Below, piece by piece: positions 56,686-64,000 of a stretch of 64,000 nucleotides of DNA. The stretch lies in NCBI RefSeq assembly GCF_009914755.1, contig NC_060925.1; one strand, given 5' to 3'. The number at the start of each line of letters is the position of its first letter. Positions within the stretch are counted from its first letter, which is position 1. This DNA comes from the human T2T-CHM13v2.0 reference genome, Homo sapiens. The position numbers and the translations under genes were made by a program. The notes under the pieces were generated by a model that was not told the DNA's origin, made no database searches, and was given only the letters and a program-made list of their open reading frames with translations.

Positions 56686-57079
56686 AGTAAATTATTTTAG
56701 TAAATTCACCATGATTCTGAAATGCACTGTGTAATATGTGATATCAAAATATACAGAGTTGAATGAAGTGTTTCAGTGGTATTCAAGAATTGTTAAAAAT
56801 CCATATAACAAAAGCCTTTTATTCTAATACATTAAAATAGAAAAAAAATTCTTTATTCATGTAGGTTAATGTCCTGCTAGCAAATTTATGACCACTTAAT
56901 CCAGTAATTCAGTAATTTCTACACCCAAAAAACAGTGATATTAAGGTTATTTTTGAGGAAAACAATGTTTTTACATGTATAGCTCTCAATCTTAATAATT
57001 TATCATAAACCTAATAGCTGTAGGTTCATTTAAGTTTATTTAGAATCATAATATATAAAACATTTCATTTATATTCAAA

Positions 57080-57215
57080 GAATAAGATTTTGAATCTAAA
57101 TACTTTCACTAAATGTGTAAAATGTAGCCAAGTTATACAATCCCTTTAAGCTTCAGTTTCCTCATTGGTAAAGTTAATAATATCTACTTTACAGAATTGA
57201 GATAATTAAATGAGA
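57080..57215 (+). mobile_element. MIR fragment
   Basis: caagttatacaatccctttaagcttcagtttcctcattggtaaa...ataattaaatgagata. Confidence 0.65.
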
Positions 57216-57799
57216 TAGCACTTGTGAGACTGTTTAGCATAGAATTGGACTTTCATAAGAAGACCAGTTTTCAGCCTAAACATTTCTGTAATTATTTTCA
57301 TAAGTTTTATACATTGTTGACATCCATTAACATTTTGGAGACAGTTTGCTTTACATTTGTGAATAGTTCTTGAGAAAGCATAAAACATTTCTAAACATTT
57401 TATAGAATTTTCAGAGTCTATTCTGTTACTAATTATTTTAATGAAACTTCGTACCTCATTAACAAATGCTGCAATGTCTGACTTCTATTCAGGATTAAAT
57501 CTTCTAGCTAGAAAAACTGAAAACAGCAAGTAAGTTCAATATTGAGGGGAGAAAAATCAAGACCATGGGTAGGGTGTTGTGCACATACTAAATTTAAAGT
57601 CTGCAGGACTGCTGAATTTAATTAAAGTTAAAAGCCCCACTTTGATCTAAAGTGCCTCATACAGGCTGAGCAGGCTGATTGGATCAATCATGGCTTTTAC
57701 TTTTGATTAAAATTAACTTCTCCTACATAGATGCAATTGAAAACAATCAATGAAAGTAAGTTAGGCAACAATTAACACATAGATGACCAAAGTCTCTCA

Positions 57800-57809
57800 T
57801 ATGTGTGTG

Positions 57810-57844
<35 letters not shown>
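57800..57844. repeat. Interrupted (TG)n microsatellite
   Basis: Direct reading. Confidence 0.96.
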
Positions 57845-58236
57845 ATTTCACCTTGACAATAAATTTAAGTCTATAACTTGAATTTTGTATTGCATATTTT
57901 GTATAGCAATGAAAGGGACATTCACGGCAGAAAGAAGTTTTAGTAGAAGCAATTCTTAGAAACAAGCTTGAAGTCTCAAATTTCACTATAATAGACATAA
58001 ATATAAATAACTGTCCAACACCCATTTTTAAGGCATTCCTCTCTTTCATATATATAATTACTATGGGATCCTCTGTGTTAGTACGACTTGATCTGGCATC
58101 CTCTGCCAGCAGGTGGGAAATGAGAGGAGCATTTTCTCACTCAAGCTAATCCACTCCGTGTACCTTTCCCTGAACTTTCAAATAAAAAGAAAAGTTTTTG
58201 ACATTTTTCTCCATATTGACTGAGAATAAATGTTCA

Positions 58237-58572
58237 TGTATTAGGTTAGGCTACATTATACTGGGTAGCAAACAGATCTCAATTTCTTATTTAACAAAAT
58301 AGAGACATATTTTTCACTTATGCCAAAGTCATTGCTTGTTAGGTTGTGGTGGCCCAGACAGCATGCAGCTTTCATGCTGCCACATGTAGCAGACAGAATC
58401 TTTCATATGTATTGTTAAGGCTGCCTTGGTGGCATCTAGCTGACAGCTGGTTATAAAATGAGAAAGACATTAAAAGAGCTTTCCTTCTTTATTTTTCAGG
58501 TAGGCTGAGAAATATGTAACATTGATGCAGTGAGGAAAGCGAAATTGTTGAATACCTTACCCATTTATACCA
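58237..58572 (-). mobile_element. Ancient MLT1-family LTR fragment
   Basis: tgtattaggttaggctacattatactgggtagcaaaca...ttttcacttatg; weak elsewhere. Confidence 0.45.
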
Positions 58573-58599
58573 CAGAATATAAAATTTGAATTATCCTGG

Positions 58600-59292
58600 T
58601 GGCTGTTTCTTACCAAGTTAAAAAAAAATTCGACATATTTCAAAGTTCAAGAACAGTCCAAAGACTACTCCTACTTCTGACACCAATTGCAAGTTTGGTC
58701 ATACCCCAGACAAACCTTAGGTTTAATAATTCTCCAGAAAATCTTGCAGAACACACTGAAAACTGCTATACTCATGGTTAAGGTTTATTACAGCTAAAAC
58801 TTCAAATTTAAAGTCAATCAAAGAAAGAGGCTTATAGTGAAGGGTCTGAGAAAGTTCCAAATGTGGATCTTTTAGTTGTTTTATCTCTGTGAGTAATGGA
58901 TAGTGTTATATTCCTGGCATTGATGAGTGATAATATGCAATTTCATGAAGTGTCATCAACCCATGTAGCTTATCTGATTCTTGGCGTTTGGAGACTTTAT
59001 TGGGGTTTCATCACATATACATGATAGATTCTCAAGATGACCTCAGCCTTCAGTTCCTCTGGAGGTCAAGCGGATAACCTAACAGGCCCACCTTAAATCA
59101 TATTGTTAGATTATCTGGTGTAGCCAACCCCACTCAAAATCACATTGTTAGACTATCCAAACAATACAGGCTCTTAGGCAAGCAAACACACCCCAACTAG
59201 CATGATTCTTCAAAAGCTAAGAGATTACCTCCTAGAACCCAAGGGTAAAAGCCTGAACACTTTTTGTACAAGGTTAAATTTTTTTCTACACA
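58600..59292. mobile_element. MER21-family LTR
   Basis: acttctgacaccaattgcaagttt; tatactcatggttaaggtttattacag; gagattacctcc...aaggttaaattt...ctacaca. Confidence 0.8.
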
Positions 59293-59642
59293 CATATAGA
59301 CAGAGCTGTGATTTTAGAAAGAAAGGAATTCTCTACAGCACTTCAGCTCTATTTCGAAATATTTCTGAAATACAAATATGTTTTTATAGTTTATTTCAAG
59401 CTTTCCTTTAAATAGACAATGTCATAAATTCATGTACTCAGTCCTATTTGTACACTTCAATCTAGATATTACATGTGTTTTACCTAAGCATTGTACTCAT
59501 CAATAGATTTTACATTAATTATAGTGAAAAAAGTGGTTTATTTAACATCAACTCTGACCATTCAAAGATATGATATACCCCTCAAAATAATAGCAAGGGA
59601 AAAGACCAGGAAAGAGTGTAAATGGCTGACTAGACATGGCCA

Positions 59643-60265
59643 GGAATTTCTAGCCAGGGCAATCAGGTGAGAGAAAGAAATAAAGTGTATTCAAATAGGA
59701 AGACATGAAGTCAAATTGTCTCTGTTTTCAGATGACATTATTGTACTTAAAAAAAAAATAATCTCAGCCCCAAAAGTCCTTAACCTGATAAGCAACTCCA
59801 GCAAAGTCTTAGTATACAAAATCATTGTGCAAAAACCACAAGCATTCCTTTACACCAACAAGAGACAGAGACCAAATCATGAATAAACTTCTATTCACAA
59901 TTGCTATGAAAAGAATAAAATACCTAGAAATACAGATAAAAAAGGATGTGAAGGACCTCTTCAAGGAGAACTACAAACCACTGTTCAAAGAAATAAAAGA
60001 AGACCCAAACAAATGGAAAAACATTCTATCCTCATGGATAGGAAGAATCAAACCATGAAAATGGCCATACTACCCAAAGTAATTTATAGATTTAATTCCA
60101 TTCCTATCAAATTACCATTGACATTCTTCACAGAATTAGAAAAAACTACTTTAAATTTCATATCAAATCAAAGAAGACCCACTATAGCCAAGACAATTTT
60201 CAGCAAAAAGAACAAAGCTGGAGTTATCACACTACCCTATACTACAAGGCTACAGTAACCAAAAC

Positions 60266-60302
<37 letters not shown>

Positions 60303-61637
60303 TAGATAAAACAGAAGAGAGACCTCACAAATAACACCATACATCTACAACCATCTGATCTTCGACAAATCTGACAAGAACAAGCAATGGGGAAAGAATC
60401 TCCTATTAAATAAATGATGCTAGGAAAACTGGCTAGTCATATGAAGAAACTGGACCACTTCCTTACACCTTATAAAGAAATTAACTCAAGATTGATTAAA
60501 GACTTAAATGTAAAGCTCTAAACCATAAAAGCTGTAGAATAAAACCTAGGCAATATACCATTCAGGACATAGGCATAGGCAAAGACTTCATGACAAAAAC
60601 ACCAAAAGCAATTACAACAAAAAATAAATTGACAAATGGGATCTAATTAAACTAAAGAGCTTCTGCACAGCAAAAGAAACTATCAGCAAAGCGAACAGGC
60701 AACCTACAGAATGGGAGAAAATTTTCTCAGTCTACCCATCTGACAAAGGTCTAATATTCAGAATTTACAAGAAACTTAAACCTACAAGAATAAAAAAACA
60801 AACAACCACATCAAAAAGTGGGCAAAGGATATGAACAGACACTTCTCAATAGAAGACATTTACATGGCCAACAAACATATGAAAAAAAAGCTCAAGATCA
60901 CTGATTATTAATGAAATGCAAATCAAAACTACAATGAAATACCATCTCACACCAGTCAGAATGGCAATTACTAAAAAGTCAAGAAATAATAGATGCTGGA
61001 GAGGTTGTGGAGAAATGGGAATGCTTTTACTCTGTTGTTTGGAACATAAATTAGTTCAACCATTGTAGAAGACAGTATGATGATTCCTCAAGGATCTAGA
61101 ACCAGAAATACCATTTGACCCAGAAATCCTATCACTGGGTATATACCCAAAGAAATATAAATCATTCTACTATAAAGACACATGCACATGTATGTTTATT
61201 GCAGTACTATTTACAATAGCAAAGACATAGAACCAACCCAAATGCCCATCAATGATAGACTGGCTAAAGAAAATGTGGTACATATACACCATGGAATACT
61301 ATGCAGCCATACAAAGGAATGAGATTATGTTCTTTGCAGGGACAGAGATGAAGCTAGAAGCCATCATCCTCAGCAACCTAACACAGGAATAGAAAACCAA
61401 GCACAGCATGTTCTCACTTATAGGTGGGAATTGAACAATGTGAACAATGAGAACACATGGACACATGGAGAAAAATAACACCCACCAGGTTCTCCTGAGG
61501 GTTGGGGAGGTGAGGGGAGGGAACTTAGAGGATGGGTCAATAGGGGCAGCAAACCACCATGGCGCATGTATACTTATGTAACAAACCTGCATTTTCTGCA
61601 CACCTATTCTGGAACTTAAAATGAAATAAAAAATAAA
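59643..61637 (+). mobile_element. 5'-truncated L1PA8/8A-like element (ORF2 3' half, 3'UTR, A tail)
   Basis: ORF2 remnants ([29 protein letters not shown]); 3'UTR gggaacttagaggatgggtcaatagg..cagcaaaccaccatggc; (TA)n at 60269-60300. Confidence 0.9.
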
Positions 61638-64000
61638 GATCATTGAGATGCAGGAGTACTTTGAAATCCAATCCAAGGAAAGTAAGAATTACAATAAAAT
61701 GAGACAGGAGCTGACAGGCAAAATAGCCAGTATACAAAATAATGTAGCTGACCTGATAGAACTGAAAACACATTATGAGAATTTCATAATGCAATCACAA
61801 GTATTAATAGCAGAGTAGACCAAGCAGAGGATACAATCTCAGCTTAAAGACTGGCTTTCTGAAATAAAACAGGAAGAAAAGAATAGAGAAAGAAGAATTA
61901 AAAAAAAAAAAAAAAAGAAAAAACCTCCAAGTAATGTGGGATTATGTAAGGAGACCAAACCCATGACTCATTGGTTTCCCTGAAAGACATGGGGAGAGTT
62001 TAAGCAAATCGGAAAACATATTTCAGGATATAATCCTTGAGAACATCCCCAACCTAGCTACAGAGGCCAACATTCAAATTCAGGAAATTCGGAGAACCCC
62101 AGTAAGATACTTCACGGGGTCATCCCCAAGACATATAATCATCAGATTCTCCAAGGTCAAAATGATAGAAAAGAAAAAAAATGTTAAAGCCAGCTACAGA
62201 GAAAGGTCAAGTTGCCTACAAAGGGAAGGCCATCAGACTAACAAACAGTGGAACTCTCAGTATAACCCTATAAGCTAGAAGAGATTACAGGCCAATATTT
62301 GACATTCTTATAGAAAATAAATTCCATTCCAGAATTTCCTTTCTGGCCAAATTAAGCTTCAAAAGCAGAAAAAGAAAAAGAAAAAAATCATTTTCAGACC
62401 AGCACATGCTGAGAGAATTAATTACTACCATGCCTGCCTTACAAGAGCTCCTAAAGTAAGCACTAAATATCGAAAGGAAAGACCATTACTAGCCACTACA
62501 AAAACACACTAAAGTACACAGACCGGAGATGCTATAAAGTGACCAAACAAACAAGTCTGCAGAATAACCGCCTAACATGATGGTGACAGGATCAAGTCCA
62601 CACATATCAATACTAAACTTGAATATAAATGGGCTGAATGCCCCACTTAAGAGGTTCAGAATGGCAAGTGGGGTAAAGAACCAAGACCTAGGTCAGGTGC
62701 TGCATCTTACACCTGAAATCCCATAACTTTGGGAGGCTGAAATGGGCAGATTGCTTGAGTCTAGGAGTTTAAACCCAGCCTGGGCATCATTGTGAAACCC
62801 TGTCTCAACAAAAAATACAAAAATTTGCTGGGCACGTTGGTTCAGACTTATGGTCCCAGCTACTCCATAGGCTGAGGAGGGAAGATCACTATAGCCCAGG
62901 AGGTGGAGGTTGCAGTGATCCGAGATTGTGGCACTACGCACTGGCCTGGGTGACAGAGCAAGACTCTATCTCAAAAAATAAAATAAAATGTATAAAAATA
63001 ATTTTAAAAAATGAAGATCTATTGGTATGCTATCTTCAAAAGACCCATCTCACATGCAATGACACCCATAGGGTCAAAATAAATGGATAAGAAAAATCTA
63101 CTGAGCAAATAAAAAGTAGAAAAAGCAGGTTTTCAAATCCTAATTTCAGACAAAACAAACTTTAAAGAAACCAAAATTTTAAAAAAGAGAAAGAAAAACA
63201 TTGCATAAGGGTCAATTAAACAAGAAGACCTAACTATTCTAAATATATATGCACCCAACACAAAAGCACCCAGATTCATAAAACAAGTTCTTAGAGACCT
63301 TCAAAGAGAATTAGGCTACCACACAATAATAGTGGGAGACTTCAACACCCCAATGACAGTATTAGACAAATCATCAAAGCAGAAAATTAACAAAGATATT
63401 CAGGACCTGAACTCAGCACTGGATCAAATGGACCTGCTAGATATCTACAGAACTCTCCACCCCCCAAACCACAGAATATACATTCTTCTCATTACCACGA
63501 TACATACTCTAAAATCAACCACATGATCAGCACTAAACACTTGCCAACAAATGCAAAAGAACAGAAATTAAAACAACCACTCTCTTGGATCACAGGGCAA
63601 TAAAATTAGAGGAAAAGACTAAGAAAACTGCTCAGAATTGTATACAGTTACATAAAAATTGAATAACATGCTACCAAATCACTTCTGAGTAAATAATAAA
63701 ACTAAAGCATAAATCAAGAAATTCTTTGGAACTAATGAGAACAATGATATAATGTACCAGAATCTCTGGGACACAGCTAGGGCAGTTTTAAGAGGGACAT
63801 TTATAGCACTAAATGGTCACATTTAAAAAGTTGGAAAGATCTCAATTGGCAAGCTAACATTACAACTATTAGAGCTAAAGAACCAAGAGAAAACCACCCC
63901 CAAAGCTAGCAGGAGACAAGAAATAACTAAAGTCTGAGCTGAACTGAAGGAGATTGAGACACAAAATATCATTCAAAAGATCGATGAATCCAGGAAGGTT
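61638..64000 (+). mobile_element. L1PA13-16-like ORF1 and ORF2 endonuclease region, continues past the window
   Basis: ORF1-like gatcattgagatgcaggag...; EN motifs (63332 ORF GDFNTPMTVLD...DIYRTLHP). Confidence 0.9.
62691..62995 (+). mobile_element. AluJ inserted in L1
   Basis: Diverged dimer; degenerate TSD caagaccta/gaagatcta. Confidence 0.9.

Overview
This is AT-rich primate genomic DNA, almost certainly human because it carries an AluYa5. It is intergenic or deep intronic and dominated by transposable-element fossils: several multi-kb LINE-1 remnants (mostly + strand), about 14 Alus, solo LTRs (LTR9, LTR19, MER9/HML-3, MLT1, MLT2, MSTA, MER21), DNA transposons (Tigger5/MER47, MER1B), L2/MIR fragments and microsatellites. 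I can support no protein-coding gene, RNA gene or CRISPR array; the supplied ORFs are L1, Alu or Tigger remnants or chance ORFs. I see no convincing new biological system. The most interesting signals are: (1) a repair scar inside an old L1 that captured a tRNA-Lys-complementary (PBS-like) fragment about 1 kb from a HERV-K(HML-3) solo LTR; (2) two L1 5' termini fused directly to mid-ORF2; (3) a young AluYa5 apparently reusing an older Alu's target site; (4) an L1>LTR9>LTR19 nest with recognisable TSDs; (5) candidate minus-strand exons. Subfamily names come from my recollection of consensus sequences and need Dfam/RepeatMasker confirmation.
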